The notes beneath the pieces are model-generated. The model ran no database searches. It was not told the DNA's origin and saw only the letters and a program-made list of their open reading frames with translations. The position numbers were made by a program, and so were the translations under genes. Below, one piece after another: positions 24,791 through 39,599 of a DNA stretch of 64,000 nucleotides. Source of the DNA: Raillietiella orientalis (Eukaryota); the NCBI GenBank assembly GCA_036172245.1, contig JAYWIR010000057.1, positions 744,001 through 808,000 of the forward strand, written 5' to 3'. How positions within the stretch are numbered: the stretch's first letter is position 1; each line of letters begins with the position of its first letter.

Positions 24791-27700
24791 CAAGTACGTA
24801 GTGGCAAGTGTATCAAAACAGGCAAAACCACGTGTTCTGCATAATTCTCAGACTTTATTTTCCCTGTAAAAATTCTAATAATAAATGCTCCCGCATAGGT
24901 GACAATCGAGGAGAGTAACTCAGTGGGGTTGGCGTCGCGATGAACCCCACGTTTGCACCGTGTAGCTGCTGTCCATCTGTTCCTGTGAGGCATGACGACC
25001 AGCGGTGCAGGACGGAGTGCGGGGGAGCAGGGAGTGGACCAGGACGGTAAGTTCTACGGCCAAGTAAGGCAACTGCAGGTCCCAGGAGCGGGTTGGCGTA
25101 TTTGTACGTGGACGGAGTTCTGAAATGCGACGAGGAAGAAGAGATACTTAATCCGGAGCCCAAAAAAGGACGAAAATTTTTTTTCATTCGAGAGAAAGCT
25201 TCTGTCCACATCGGGCATCTGTGTGCTCTCTCTCTCTGTTTGCAAGATTGTCTTTTTGAGTGGTTCAGTGACCTGTTCTTGCTGCGTGGGTGGTAGCTAC
25301 AGGAAGGTTGCAGTGCAACGCCAGACGGGGAGAAGGCACTGTGGGCGCTGCCGGGGTCGGTGAGCAGCGTCGGATGCGAAGAGCAAGGGTCAGCGAGCGA
25401 GAGAAACGAGGTTCACAAAAGCGGCTGTGGCGGCCACCGGAGGTGACATCACCCCACCGTGGGCGCCTTCTTGCCTACTTCGGCCGTCGGCTGCAAGCGC
25501 GCCGGCCTCAGTGCGAGCGCTCGCTTTCGAGAGCGGTCGCTGTTTAGTGGGGAATGAGCAGAGGTCAGCAGCGGCCGGGTGCTGCAGTGAGCGGCCGTGC
25601 CCATCCACTCCACTGTCCGTCTGGTTTGTGGCATCGATCGCGTTCGTGCGCGCACCGTCGAGCTCGGCAAGCCGAGCGGATGCTTCGGCTTCCCCTTCGC
25701 GCCACGCTCTCGTGCGAGGCAACCGAAGAAGTCGCCCAAACGGCCACCAGAGGAACGAGTCTGTCTTTTGCAGATGCAGGCGGAGTGCTTCCAGTGGAGC
25801 TGGAGCGGCGTGTACTGGTTCGTGCGCGCTCGCTATCGTATCGCTGAATGGAAGCTTCCGCGCTGGCTTCCCCATCCGCTCGGCCGCGTGCGAAGCAGCC
25901 GCACCAGTCTGCCCGATGGCCACGAGTCTGTCTTTTTCAGATGCAGGCAGCGTGGAGCTGGAGCGGCGTGTACCGGCGCGCCATGGACGGCGTCGTGCGG
26001 GGTGCCTGGCGCAGTCAACAGCTCCAGGTGGCCGCGTTGCACGCACGCGGACAGTGTGCTGTCCTGCGTGATGCGGGCTGCATTTGGCAGCAGCATGCGG
26101 CACGGCGAGCTCGGCGCTCGTCCTTGCACCTCGGCCGCTTGCCCACGTACGTGGTGCAGCACGAGGACGCTCGGACGAGCTCGACCGCAAGCCGCGAAGA
26201 GGGGAGAGGGTGGTGTGCGGAGGGCGCCACGGAAGATTCGTCTTCCGTGGCCGAAATTAATCTCTTTCCTTTCGTTTCAGGGACGCAGGAATCGTCGACG
26301 TGCGTGGAGGCGGCGCTTCTCCAGGCGGCGTTTGGTGCCCGACCCAGTCTGCTGTCTACGGAGGCCCGTAGCGATGCGCTGTTCGTGACGGTGCGCGCGT
26401 CGCAGGGGCTGTTTTCAGCGGGCAGCAGCGGGCAGGTGCAAGCAGCAGGAGTGCCTACGAAGGCGTCGTCGTCGTATGTCTTCGGTGCGGGCTGCGCTCC
26501 GACCGCGCCCCGTGGCGTCGGCGAGCGGAGGCGCCGTACTCGGGCTCGGCTTGGGGCACGGAAGAAGGGTGGGCGCGCGCACCGCAGGCGCGATCGCCGG
26601 CTCGTCAGCCGGACGGTGGGAGCGTGGGTGCGCTGCGACGGGCGTGGGTGCGCGGCGCAGCTTTCCGAGCGGGTGGAACGGCTGGTTCGCTCCAAGCGTT
26701 CCCTCGCCCGAAAGCTGCTCGCGCACCAGGAGCTGTGCCGCCTGCGGCAACTGCAGGCTGCGACTCTTTGCGGCTCGCGAGTGAGCCGTTTGCCATCCGT
26801 TGCGGGAGGGGGTAGGGCGCATCCGTGAGTCGCGTGCGTCTTCGTGGCAGGGCATCTGCAGCGGCCGGCGTTTACGAAGCTTGTAATGGAGTGACATTCC
26901 TAATGTTTGCATTGTTCCATATATTGTTCCAACATTTAGTAGCACAAACAGAAATGGAACACATATTGTTACTAGAAAAGTATACATTCGAAATACACAA
27001 AGACATTCTTAAATCCAAGGTATTAGGTTACTATACAAATTCCAAAAGACACGTCAGGAACATCACAAAAGCATCACTACTTACATTGGGTATTGGAGAA
27101 AGCAACATGTAGATAACATAGAGCTATATCATTCTCAAATTAAAAAAAAACCCTAATCTTATCAGCTACTTTCTTATTCCGAGGGAGATTTGTGATCTGC
27201 CTCAAATGACACTAGCAGGTATGGATCAAGAATGAGAGATGTTGTCAACATGCTTGCATGGACGAAAGTGGACCACATTAAAAGTGTTGCACTATTAATC
27301 TTATGCATCATTGAAGATGCTCTTCTGAAAAGGACAAGGATTGAAATGTAATCATTCATTCTTTTCGCGATATGTAAAGCGAGAAATCATTTGGAAACAA
27401 AGCTTTAGAGGCCACCGGCATTTGTTTTAGGGAGTCTATTCGGCAAGAAAGTAGATTACAAGAACTGGCATCGCAACCACAGACAGGGATGCCAGCACTC
27501 CATCTTCGAGGGTGAGAGTTTTCAAAAACTGCAACAGAGTCCAACGAGTTTTCAGTCAGTGTCTGTGGGCTTGTGGGTTATCGCTGAGAGTTACAACACG
27601 CAACAACTGTTAAGCAATTGCTACTCCTGCTTCGACTGCCACTTTGTGCCAATGGTTAATGTCCTTACAAAAAGCTCTTCCTCTTCAACCTTTCCTAGAC

Positions 27701-30700
27701 ATCCTTACTCGTACATATCTTCGTGTAACGTGAATGGAAATGGAAGTCTAAGCTAAAAAACAAAACAAAAAGCAGACAGACGCTCTCTTCAGGCTCAGAG
27801 ACTTCTTTAATTGTGAAGTATGAAGTAGTAATTGTGAGTCGAGACACTGTTTATTAGGGAGACATCATTTCTTATCCGTGAAATTATTAGGGTCCTAACT
27901 TCCGAGGAATGTCATTACTCGCTTTCCACGCTGAGGATGAATAATGAACAGAAATGTGACCATCCCTTAGACAATAGCATTCTGATTGAAAAGAAAGCGA
28001 GCGCCCGAATAAACGACCGAGAACCCATGAGGAACAATGCGTCTTCTTCGCATCGAGTATCATCAGGCAACAAAAGTTGAGTCAAAAGTTATACCCCTAA
28101 CGAACAGAAACGTAAGAATTCTCGAGAACAAAAAAAATGGTTGTAACATGAGCCAGCCTCGGAACAGGAGTCGGCCCCAAAGTCGGTTTTCCTAGAGGAA
28201 GTCCATCTCCTTTCAAAGATGCACATGCGCCAGAAAATCTGAACTCAAAAATACGGTATACTCAAACCACAAGAGTGGAAACCGACACGCGATTGGACAA
28301 CTATGACAGTAATAAGTATTCGTTGTGGAAGCTCCTTCATCTGCAATTGTAGTGTTGACATTTGTTATTCATTGAAGGTGACTAAGGACAGATTCAAAAT
28401 TATCAGATTTTGCAATTAAAAATGAAAGCTTCTGACTCTTCGCTAACAGTTTTGCTGTGGAAACGATGATAGGATTGATGCAGGATAAAAATTGACTGAA
28501 TTGTGACCGATGTGCAAAGAGCAGATAGCTTTGAATATTCAAATGTATGCTCTCATCTAGACTTGGAGCTACAAGCCCAAGTGATGGAACTTGTTGCTTC
28601 TGAAGAGATCAGAAAGTTGCAGCTGGCTCTGGCAAAAACCATTCCAGCAAGATGTGCGGCTAACTTGTCAAGACTCTGATAGAGGGCATAGATCATTTAA
28701 AAGAACTGATCAGGTCACTGATCCCTACATAGGTAAATGGTGAAACCTTCGCTCCAGTTAATGCAGATAGCCGACCGGCTGGTTCTGCTCAATATCTGAC
28801 TACCCACAACCTGGACCATCTGATGAAGTATTGGAAGTACTAGGTGGACTTTTTTGGATCTTATAGAAAGGTAAAGCAACTTGCCCCTTTATTGATGTCG
28901 AACTAAATTTAATTCAAAGAATAGTCCATGAATATAAGCAAGATCTTGGGTGCACATGAGACTGCAATCACATATCAAGGGTTAAGTGTGATCACCATGC
29001 TGCAGATGATCATACAAAGCTATAAAACTTGAATGGATACCTGAAAAAGCATGCAGTCTGACAAGATAAGATCCAATTATAAAGTTAATGGACAAAACAA
29101 ACTTTTTACTTATATTAATTTAGAAATCTTTGCTTCAAATGTTGAATTCCTGATCGTGCTTTTTGATGAAAGGGGTACAAATAACGAAATAACACAATAA
29201 CGAAAAAAAGTATTTTAGAGCTATCTCAGATTTAATGAACTGAATGACCAACAAGTATAACAATGATTTGTCTAAAAAACAAATTTGAAGCCAGAGCACC
29301 AGCACATTCCAAATGGTGGCATGTTTCCCACCAAAGATTTACGAATTTTATGCACAATTTAATTTGGGTAAATCACTGATTCGGGTGAAATATCGGTACA
29401 TCCCAGGAAATAATCTCATCAGAGCAGTGTGCTCACCCAATTAGAGCTCTCTGGCAGTGGATTCCATAAATACATTTTTACAATTCATATCATTATTCTC
29501 CTGGCTCATGTAATACAGTGGATGCTACTACTATGCAGCTGAGTTTAGAATTGATGCAACCACTGCAACTGCTCGAATAAAGTTAGTGATGGATTTGGGA
29601 TTGGTTGTGAATGATGGGTTTGCATTTGTGGATGGAGCTATTGGAAGCAATCGATGCCTGAGAAAACGTGACATTCGCGATCGCAGAAGTGATGCCGGAA
29701 CCTTAGATCGTGACCTTAAATATTTTACTCCAAAGATATGGATCCCTTGGTCTGTGAGCTAAAAATTGATTGATATTCTTAAGATTCAAGAGAAGAGTAG
29801 TCGCCTTGAAAGCTCATGAATTTGATGACTTTATCAACTGTTTTTGATGAAACAGTTGTGATGAAACAACACTGTGACGAAAGTGGAAGGATGTAACAGC
29901 GATATGCTTCACTTTAAGAAGCAAAATGGCATAACAGAACAAGCAATGTCATGTAGGCAGTAGGCAGTTTAGCAGGAGCTTGCAAACAATAAAACAGTGT
30001 AGTCCGTCCTCTCATCATTATTCTGTAGATAGAAAATTCCTTCACATGAAATCCGGCAAGTGAGCCGAGAACATGGTGCCATTGGAGGGGATCCCGCAAG
30101 AGCAATGGGAGCGCATCTTTGGTGATTCCGAAATTGGAAACACCAGCCTATCAGCTGGGATGACGCCTTAAACAGCACATGCAGTTTCAAGTGGAACGGG
30201 CACGCAAATAACCAGATGTGGCAGCGACGAAGCTAATCGAACCTAATCTGTGAGATCTTCACGGGCAGTCTGTTCTCCTGTCGAGTGCTCTGCAAGCAGA
30301 TTCTTTTCTTGCATGGAAAGGTTATCCGCTCGTAGGATATATGGCAACACGGCATTTGATACTGGAGTTTGTAACTAGTTGAGCTTTTGGGAGTTTCACT
30401 TTTTAACTAGAATTTTCGGGAAGAGGGATGAGAACCGTAGACTACAGCAGCACTGTGCTTTGGTGTGAGGTTCTGAAGAAAACGGTGGGGTACCATTCTT
30501 GAAATTCGATCACGATGGTTTTATAATTGAAATGGTGCTGTAGGCTCACTTCGGGCACCGATGTTCGAACCATGTGCGCACGCGAGTTCTCCGACAAATG
30601 AGAACGTCAAAGAATCGCTGCTAACATGCTTGAGCCAGTGTGTTTGTTTGTTCCTCTCTAGCTTGCCAAAGGATGGAACACTTGGAGGCCGTTTTGATGC

Positions 30701-33700
30701 ACACCGATGCATCGCTATCGAATCGCTATAATTCGCCATGAGGGTTCGGCGACCGCCTGCATTTCTTTAGACTTAGTTGCCATTTCGTGAGTGCTATCGT
30801 TTGTACACAACCATAGGAAAAAGATCATCTTTTCCTCATACCTTTTCCCAATAGCTTCTGGCTCCACAAAATCACAAATGACAGCTTCCATACAGAAAAA
30901 CGCAAAAAAACATCCGATAGCATTCCATTATCTGTAGTAGTTTTCTCTTGCACTTGACCTGCGCATTGTTAAATTTGGGGTGGCAAATCATCCTGCGAAA
31001 AAAGTAAATCATAGCTTCAACTCAAATAATGACCAAAGAAAAACTCGACCTTTTACCTTAGCATCATCTTGGTAAGGAAACATGCCAAAGTGGTCAAAAT
31101 ACTCAGATGCCAGTAGCGCTTGCGGAGGTTTGAAAACGGCATGAAGGGCATCCCGTGGGCTGGGAAAGGACCTGAAGGCTCCAAAGGCACAGCACTCCAG
31201 AAATTCCCCCGAGCACTCTCTTTGCAGCGGAGCTTTCTCGTTAAGACAGCGCAAAGCGAGAACATTCTGCGCCGCGTTGCCATGGCGGCTTCCACGTTTC
31301 CACCAATCGGCTCTGTCCACGCCACACATTGTTGGCTTTTCCGGCCGCTCGCTCTCGGCCGAACTCGGAGCAGTCCGTCATGCCGGAATGGATGGGGGGG
31401 GAGCGGGGTGTGTCCGTCGAGCGCTCTTTCTCGCTCACGAGAACCATACTTCATCGGCATCTCCGATGCAGTGCGCTCCTCAGCAGACTCCTCCAGCCTC
31501 CCAGCGAACGGGGGCATCCCGATCTCCATTCCGCGATGCTTCGCCGGAGACGGTCAGATTGGCGCTCGTGCCGAGCGTGGAGAGGCGGCCCTACGACACC
31601 CTACGACGAAGGCCAACAAAGGTCTCGACCTGCGGGAGCGATCTCGACAAGAGCCCGATGGCGCGCACACCATCGTTTCAACATTTCAGCATTCTATCAT
31701 TCAAGCTCCAACCATTCTATTTTCAACACATTCTACAATAAAAAGCCTCCTTGTTCAAGCAGCGTCGTCCGTATCATTTTCCTATTCATCCGTATCATTT
31801 TCCATTCCTTCCCCTCTGTTCTATCTCCAAACATTTCATCAATCATACTTCTGAAATGGGGTATAATACCTTTCCGCTACTGACTATTACCTATCATTAC
31901 CTCATGATTATCAATGAACATCCTTCTGACCCCTTGTTGCGTGTCACGAGCAGATCTTTCACACAGCCAAGGACATGTTCAACCGAGCAAATGGGACTGC
32001 AATTCGTGACTGCAACCGAACGAATGTAATGCTGACAATCCAGAATGTTTGAAACTCGTTTGCATCGAAGGATATGTGTTCTTGGTATAAGCAGCTTGTT
32101 TCTCGAACTTCATTTACTGTTTTCATGCAATTCATCAACATGTCTGTAATTTCTTTGATATTCTGTAAGGATACTCAGCATAATTCTCATGTTTTTCTTT
32201 AAAAAAAATTTTTCCTCTTCAATTCGTCCTTTTCCATCATTGACGCCTGGCATGGGGGTGAAGTCCTCACCGGCTTGTTTGTAGGTGGTAAGCACTGAGG
32301 CCCCTTGATTGACAGACATGTTATAGAAATGAATAACTATTAACTAGGACAAAAGAACACAGATTATTATAAGATAAGCAGAAACATGTATTTTCGAGAA
32401 CTCATTTCCCTTTTATCCATTTATTGAATCCATTCCTATTCAAGGCAGTAAGCAAATCTAGTAAAACAAGAATGTTGTAATGAGATTACTGCTTCATTTT
32501 GCTTGCGTAATCGTAGCACTGATAATAAATTGTGATGCTATAATATTTGAAAGATCTGCGCTTTCATCTACTTCATGTTTTTTGAAGTTGTTCACCGCAG
32601 AATATTCTTGAGTGATTTATTTAATTTCTCAAGAATATATTTTACTGAGTTGTCCTCCACAGAATATTTTTTTCAATATTCAATTGTTCTCTAGGATTTT
32701 TTTCATCAAATTAAAGGAAAAAGTGGAAGATACGCATTGGTTCATAAAACATGACCCTAAGTGTTTACATTAGTAATGAGTATGTAAGTACAATCGAGAG
32801 AAGACTTGCAATGTAGCAAAGGATTAGAATTTCGAAATAGGCTGAATTTGATTGGTTTCTGGATTTGAATGCTGGTATCACTGGAAATTATGAAAAGCGA
32901 GGCTCCAATGGCAATCAGTATTGCAATTCCTGATAATAACCAAAGGTGGCTTGCAAATTTAGAGTTTTTGATGTTTTGTGGTAAGTAAGTTGTCCACTTT
33001 CGGAATAATTCCATTTGCTGATGACAATTCGTTCCTGCAGCAGCATATTTCTTACATGGTTCCAAATCGCTTTCTGATGTTTGTCAAGAAAAATCCAGAG
33101 TCTAATTGGAGCAGTTAATTTTGAATTACTCTTCAGATTACTTTTCAATTACTTTCCAACGATTTCCTCGTGGCCCGTTGTACGCCTAAGATGACCGGAA
33201 ACTACGCATTCAATTGAAGATTATAATTCTGTTCTGCCTGTTAGAAACAATTTTTACATGCGATCCATTATTAGATTTATTTAACATAATATATAAGGAG
33301 CTTTTGAAGGGTGAATGAAGCGAATAGCCTGTAACTTTTATCTGGAATCTGGAAGGGAAATCTGGAATGATGATTCTTGATAAACTTTGCTGACTGTTTA
33401 CCAGCAGTTGAGATTGAACATGACATTTCGTTTGCGTTGATTCTGCTTCATTATGAGATGGTCACTGTGAGCAGCAGAAGGAATTGAGGGCAAACCAAGA
33501 GACACCTCTTCCGATGGTGTGCTTCTGCTGCTATACAAAATGCATCCATGCAACCGAATTGAACACCTTTTCGTGCTGTACCTTCATTACCACTCTTCAC
33601 TATTCGAAAGAGGAATCGCTCCGTAAGGACGGAAGGCACGATGCACAAACTCGCAAAAGGAAGCATCGAAACACGAGTGTCCCCTTTTTCATGTTTTCAT

Positions 33701-34779
33701 TCATCATTTATGCTGCAATACCGAATTCCACTTGATCGGTAGGAATCTGTGTTTCCTCTAACACTCGGCACTCAGTTCGCGTTTTCCAAGGGAGGATACC
33801 CACATGAAGTAAGCTCTTACGCGTGCAGACTCACTTGAAAGAGCTTGGGGATGATGATGCGACAAGAAGCCGGGGCCACCTACCAGCTGGAATTCCAGTG
33901 GGTAGAAGTACTTGAGCACTACAGACACGCAAGACCTGATGTCCAAGACCAGGGGTAGAAAACCAAACAAGCAAAGATTCCGCAAGCAACGCGGATAAAA
34001 GTCTTGCTGCACGGTTGACCACAAACCGAACTTTCCAGGATCGCATGCTTCCAGTGAGCCGACAATGCCCGCGTCGGAGGCCTCGTGGTTAAGGCTGTCG
34101 CGGGATCGAATACCCCGGCAGAAACCGACGCCACTGCGCCGTTGGGTTCCGAGTTTCCCCTGCGATGGAGCTGGTTGGCCGAGACATTCGGGTGTGGCAC
34201 CGGTGGTGGTTTAAGCTAGAGGTCCCCGATGAAGGCCGGAACAATGGGAAATTGACTTCCCAGGAATAAAGGAGTGGGAAGTTCCCCTTCTGGTCGTACA
34301 ACGGAGAGCGGACCCCCCTCCGGGGGACCCCTGTGGTTTCAAGATGGAGCAGGAGCCCTCACGGGCACCTCTCCAGTTGTTCCAAGGAGCGGACCCTCCC
34401 TGTTGCCGAAGGGACCCTCCGAGTCGTCGCCTCTTCACAGAGTGCACAAGGAAGCAAGCGATAGCGATTCCCTGCGGGAAGCTGCAGCGCCCCTTCTGAG
34501 TTTCGGAAGCGTCCCTTCGAGGTTCCCATTCGGAGACAACCAGAGTGGGAGATGCGATCCTTCCCCCCCTGCGGGGTAATCCCTCCCCAAATGTGAGAGG
34601 AACGGACTCCGAGACCTTCCTGGACTCATAGGGCCAACCCCATCTCGGGGTGCCCCCTATCCTGAAGAATTACACACCTCCCTGCGGGCTGTCGCAGGGG
34701 ACTGGCGTGGAAACTAAACAGCGTGTTTAGAGAGCCACGTGCGCCGCGAGGCATGCGACCAGCTCTTGAGGTACTTAGC

Positions 34780-35640
34780 AAACCAAAAAAAAAAGAAAAC
34801 TAAAAAAAAAAAGCTGGAAGGAAAACAGCGAGGACAGAAGAAAAAGAACCGAAGGATTTCCATCAACCCCCATCAATGTACTCTTTTCCCCAAGTCCCAC
34901 AAGGGTTGGGGTGAATTTATTTTCCTTTATGATTTAGTCTACATATTGATGCATTCATTTTCTCCAATCATTCCACTTATGTCACCTGGAATTCTGTTTC
35001 GTGGGATTATCACAGAGGTTCACTACACTTGGGGAACTGGGCGTCGTTTATGCCTGGACGTTGTCCTCAATCCTTCTCAGGATATGTAGGTAGTTCCAGG
35101 CATGTTCCTTATACCGATCTCCTGGATAAGCCCTTTCAGGATTTCCATTGGAGATACGGCGGTCCTGGTGGTCTTCATCTTCCACCACCGCACATGGATG
35201 GAGGTGATGAAGAGGGCAATGGTCATCCTTACCATGGGATTGTGACAGGGAACGTTCCCATTTCCTTGGAACATGCCTGCTAAAATTCCCATGGTCGATG
35301 TGGTGGGCAGCCCGCTTACCCTTTTGAGGGTGTGCCACAGGGACAGGTGAAGACGTGGAGTCGTGTATCCTTGTCTCCACATGCTTTGCAGGCTTCATCT
35401 TTTCTTCTTCCCGTGAATAGCTTCATGGTTGTCCCGCGCAGGATTTCTCCACGATAAAACATCAGGAGGATATACTGTGTATCCGGTGACAAGTCACATT
35501 TCCAGAGCGTCGTTCCGATCGCTACCAGGTTCATCCCAGCACTACCGTGGCGGTCGGCGGCTTCTTGGAGGGCACTGGTGTCTTTGTCCTCTTCGACTAT
35601 TAGTCGGCATGAGTCGGTCTTCATAGCATGAGTCAAGGAT
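34780..35640 (-). mobile_element. 3' end of a LINE with an RT-associated Zn motif
   Basis: CKACGDKDTRLHVFTC (CxxC..T..H..C) is followed by a pyrimidine-rich 3' UTR shared with 1190-1270 and partly with 7055-7090. Confidence 0.65.
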
Positions 35641-38049
35641 GGAGCTCATCAGTGGAAATGATATGGAGCTTCTTGGAAGGAAGCGTGGAGAAAAGAGTGA
35701 CAACGGAGTGCAAAGTAAGGAAAAGCATGGTGGCAGCAGGAAGAAAGCAAGGGGTAGAGAAAAGAGAGGGACAGTGTATTAGAGGAGGGAATCCATTTTA
35801 CTCATGTCAAGGGATTGCATTTTTCTCGGAGAACTGCACATCCGTGAGCAACGCACTTCTCTCAAATTCTCGAAGGTGCGGGTGACATATGCGTTTTCCC
35901 TTTACCTCGAGAAAGTGCTGGAAGTTGGCGCACGTTACATACTGCCAAATCTCACCCTCAAGACAACTGGGTACTGCAATCTTCTCTTTCCGTGCTCAAA
36001 AAGAATGACATAAGTGCCCTTTCACGATAGAAACTCGGTTTCCTCGTCCACAATGGGCAGTCATCTCTCTTCATCATGACCAGCCCTGAGTTCCAGATCT
36101 CAACCGCCCTTCGTGAGCAAGGCCTCCTGCTTCGAAAGAGTAAAAGAACGATTGGCAATCTTTGAAAAGGACAGCTCCCCTCGGACTGCCAATCCGGCAA
36201 TCAACTCGAGCGAGAGTTGCCGCTGCCACCACATCGTTGGAAGCCGCCGTCACGGAATTTCTGCCCTGCGAACCAAATTCTCCAACGAATCCCTGGTTGG
36301 TCCTGTGGTTTCGTTGTCTTCAACATTGCACCATTTTTGCATTAAAGTGGCCTTGTTGGTGCTGCAGAATTGAACTTCTCGGCACGCTAACGACGCTGGA
36401 GACACTGCACGCTAAAGGCTCTTTTCCTCACAGTGGAAATTGGCAAGAAGAACACCAACGAGAGCAACAATAGCAACAAAGTAGGAAATGTTCCACCCTT
36501 TCCCCAGTCTGCAGGTTCCCTTGAGTTGTCTGCTATATGCTCGGTTTCCTATGGTCTTCATGGTTTCTGGGATCCTAGGATATCAGAAAGGCTGCCCTTT
36601 TATTCCTCAAGAAGATAAGGGAAATCCGTTCCTTGCATCTGGCTTGTGTGCCTAGCTGTGTTGCATCCGTGTAAGCCCCTCGCGGCGGTTGTCTTTTTGT
36701 TGGGCGCGCGGTGCCCCGTGTGACCGCCTAATCCTCCTGTAACCTGGAAAACCGGACATTTCGTTCTCACGCACTCTTGCCTCTGCAGGACATTCGTGAT
36801 CGACATGAAGCAGAACTGCAGAGGAAGACATTGCAATGCTCAAATTCCATGTGCAGCGAAGGCAAAGATTCTGCGGAACCTCCACTGGTCAAAGGGAAGG
36901 ACCGATGGTGATGGAGCGAGTGGCACAAGCAAATTCTCCATTGCAGGGGCAGGGAGGAACGCAACGAGCAACATCTATTGGCTCTCGCCAACAGATGTTG
37001 CTCGCTAAAGAAAGGAAACCATCAAAAAGTTTAAGTTTATCCGATTTCATTTGAAAGCGAAATTTATCAGCGTATGGTTGGAGCTTTCACGACCTCATGG
37101 CGCTGCACCTACAATGGACAATAAACAGAGCGGTCGATAACATCCAGCTGTCCTTCGTAACAAGAAGTTCGGAATTCAGATAGCAGACGATTACGACCAT
37201 GAGCGGAGGTAGCAGCGGACTCTGTTTCGAGAACCAGATTGACAGAAGCTTGCACGACCGCAACAAAGTGGCAGCAGTTTTCTAGGCAAAGACGAGAAAG
37301 GCCAGTTGTCTACGAAACCCTTGGTTTGTCCTCAGCCTGATATCGCTGCACCGGTGCATGGAGAGCGAATTGGATGTGAAAGGTCGCCCAAGCAAGGCAC
37401 ACCCGAACCTTCGCCTCGAGCCGAGTCATGCTCAGAGATGCGCGCGTTGCAGCGAGCGATAATGCGCTGGGCACGCTGGGTCGCTGCATTGCATCGTCAT
37501 CCATGAAGAACTCTCATTTCTGCCTCTGGAATTGCTGGCGATGTCGCCTGCGAGTGACAGGTGCCAGCGCCAGTGGCTCACAGTCCACGAGCTCATAACC
37601 TCACTCAGATACATATCCTGCATGATTCTGGACGTGGAGCTGGAAGAGGACGACAGCAACAACAAGTCGCGATTCTATAAGGGTCGCTAAGAAATGCTGA
37701 ATGCGCTCATTCCGCGCGTCTTGAGCGGCGCCACAGGACCTTCGTGCTGAGCTTACCTAACGTCTGTTTTCCTCGCGCTCCCAAGACAGCACACTTTGCA
37801 TCATGGAAGAGGAATAGATGAGGTCGTGAAAGGTGGGCGGGAGATGGAAGTCAGAATGGTGCGTTTCCGCTATCCAGGTCAGTTTCTCCACGAGCTGTAT
37901 TCCAAAGATGACAATTTCGGCAACCTCGTCATTGTAGCGGCGACGTTCGGCATTGCTGGCTGCGATGCTGTCATCACCGCATAGGAGAGGGTCGGCGACG
38001 GTGGAGACGTCTCACTGACGCTGGGATCTGGTCGAGTTGCACACCTCCA

Positions 38050-38900
38050 TAGAAGTGGCAGTTGCCATCAGTAATCCGTTCCGTCAAAGGCACACATGGG
38101 CAGGGTGGGAATGGCTCTGTTCAAGAGATAAAGACCCATATCACACTATACCGTCTGTCTCCTTGCCTTGATGGAGGAGTCTGTACGAATGCAGAAGCCC
38201 AGAGTAAGAATTATGCTCATGAGCAACTTCCGTTTGGGTTGATGGCAGAGGTCAACCCAGCCGCTGTGCAATAGCCAGTCCTTGCAGTGAGCAAGCAGCT
38301 TGGCAGCTGCAAGCTCACGGCAGAATAAGAACATTTTTGGGAAATGCAATCCAGCAGAAGAACGCTCACGGGCTGGACCACGGGCCATCCAACCAAAGCA
38401 TCACGAAATCGTATGTCGGGAGGAGCTGCATGGCGTTTCCCGTACACATCTCGAGTGGCCTCCATCCTTCCCGAATAACCGCACCCACCTCAAAAGTGGC
38501 AACAGGCGGTGTTTCTGCAGTTGAACTAAGCTCCCATGCAACCAGCGCCGATACCAGTGTGCTAGGAAAGTTACGAATCGGCATTGTAGCAGGTGCGGGG
38601 AACGGGAAAACTTCCTGCACCTGCTTATGGACTGTGTAGCCGTGCGACCGTTGTCGGGACGCATCACAGCGACGACCCTTCGGACAGCATGTGGCAACAT
38701 CAAAAACTCAATTAGACCTCTCTTCGTGCTCCACGCCATGTTGAATAGGATAGAATTCGGTTGTGAGCTGACTCAGGCCTGCCTCTTGGTCAGCTACCTG
38801 CGAAGGCCGGCGAAGAACCTCGCAGAACATCCATTCACACCCATCGAGCAGTGTGTTGTTCGATGTTGCTCTCGTCTTTCGTTGTACTCGCCTTCCCTAG
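38050..38900 (-). mobile_element. Decayed CR1/L2-like LINE RT C-terminal half
   Basis: CSARFFAG (LFADD-like), WRPLE (VRPxLEY-like) and LLHSYRLLHQG (DL..YKIL.G-like) appear in the expected order. Confidence 0.35.
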
Positions 38901-39599
38901 GCTGCAAGATGTGACCATGGTCTTAGGTGAATTCGGACAGAGGTTGAAAAAGCAAGACGCGCGCGGGGGGCGAGAGGGGAGGCAGTCGTGGGAAGCAATA
39001 GATGCCTGTGGCAAGAGTCAGAGGAATCCAGCGAGCAGGAGGTGCTTCCTCTTCCTACGGGGAGGCCTAGCTACTCAGGAGTCCCGAGAAAGAAAAAGTC
39101 CCGCCGACATTCCGCAGATTTCGCTCGCGAAACACGGACGGCGCCGTAGAACCGCCTCTGAATCCGTTCGGTTGCGCGACGATGGTAAGAAGGGGAAACG
39201 GAAGTGGCATCCTCAGATCTGGAAGAGTGAATCAGCACTGCCTCGCTATGCGTGGCGCAAGAAAGCTGAATCCTGTTTACTGGGGATGTGCTGAGAAACC
39301 CTACTTTTCTAGCCACTATTCTTTAACAGGCTGTGCGGAGGTGAGCTCCTTTTTCTGGATAAGTAAGTCCTGGTGATGGAAACAAGCACCGAGTAAATTC
39401 TGCGCCAGGTCCAACACCATGCGATTTGTTCCGCGTGGTTTGTAGCCCACAAAGGTCCTTAGATGCAGTAAGAAATGATCTCGAAGCTTTGCATTGACTG
39501 GAGATTAGACACGATGCTTGGTTGCATGCCCGGAGCCATGCAATCATGTGACTTCTCGAAAGAAACTTTCGCTGCTTCCTGTTCTTCGGAGGAGATATA

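Noticed and set aside
25390..26828. Long overlapping ORFs (214-326 aa) as real genes
   Set aside because: They are open in several frames on both strands because of high GC. The translations are Arg/Ala-rich with no motif.
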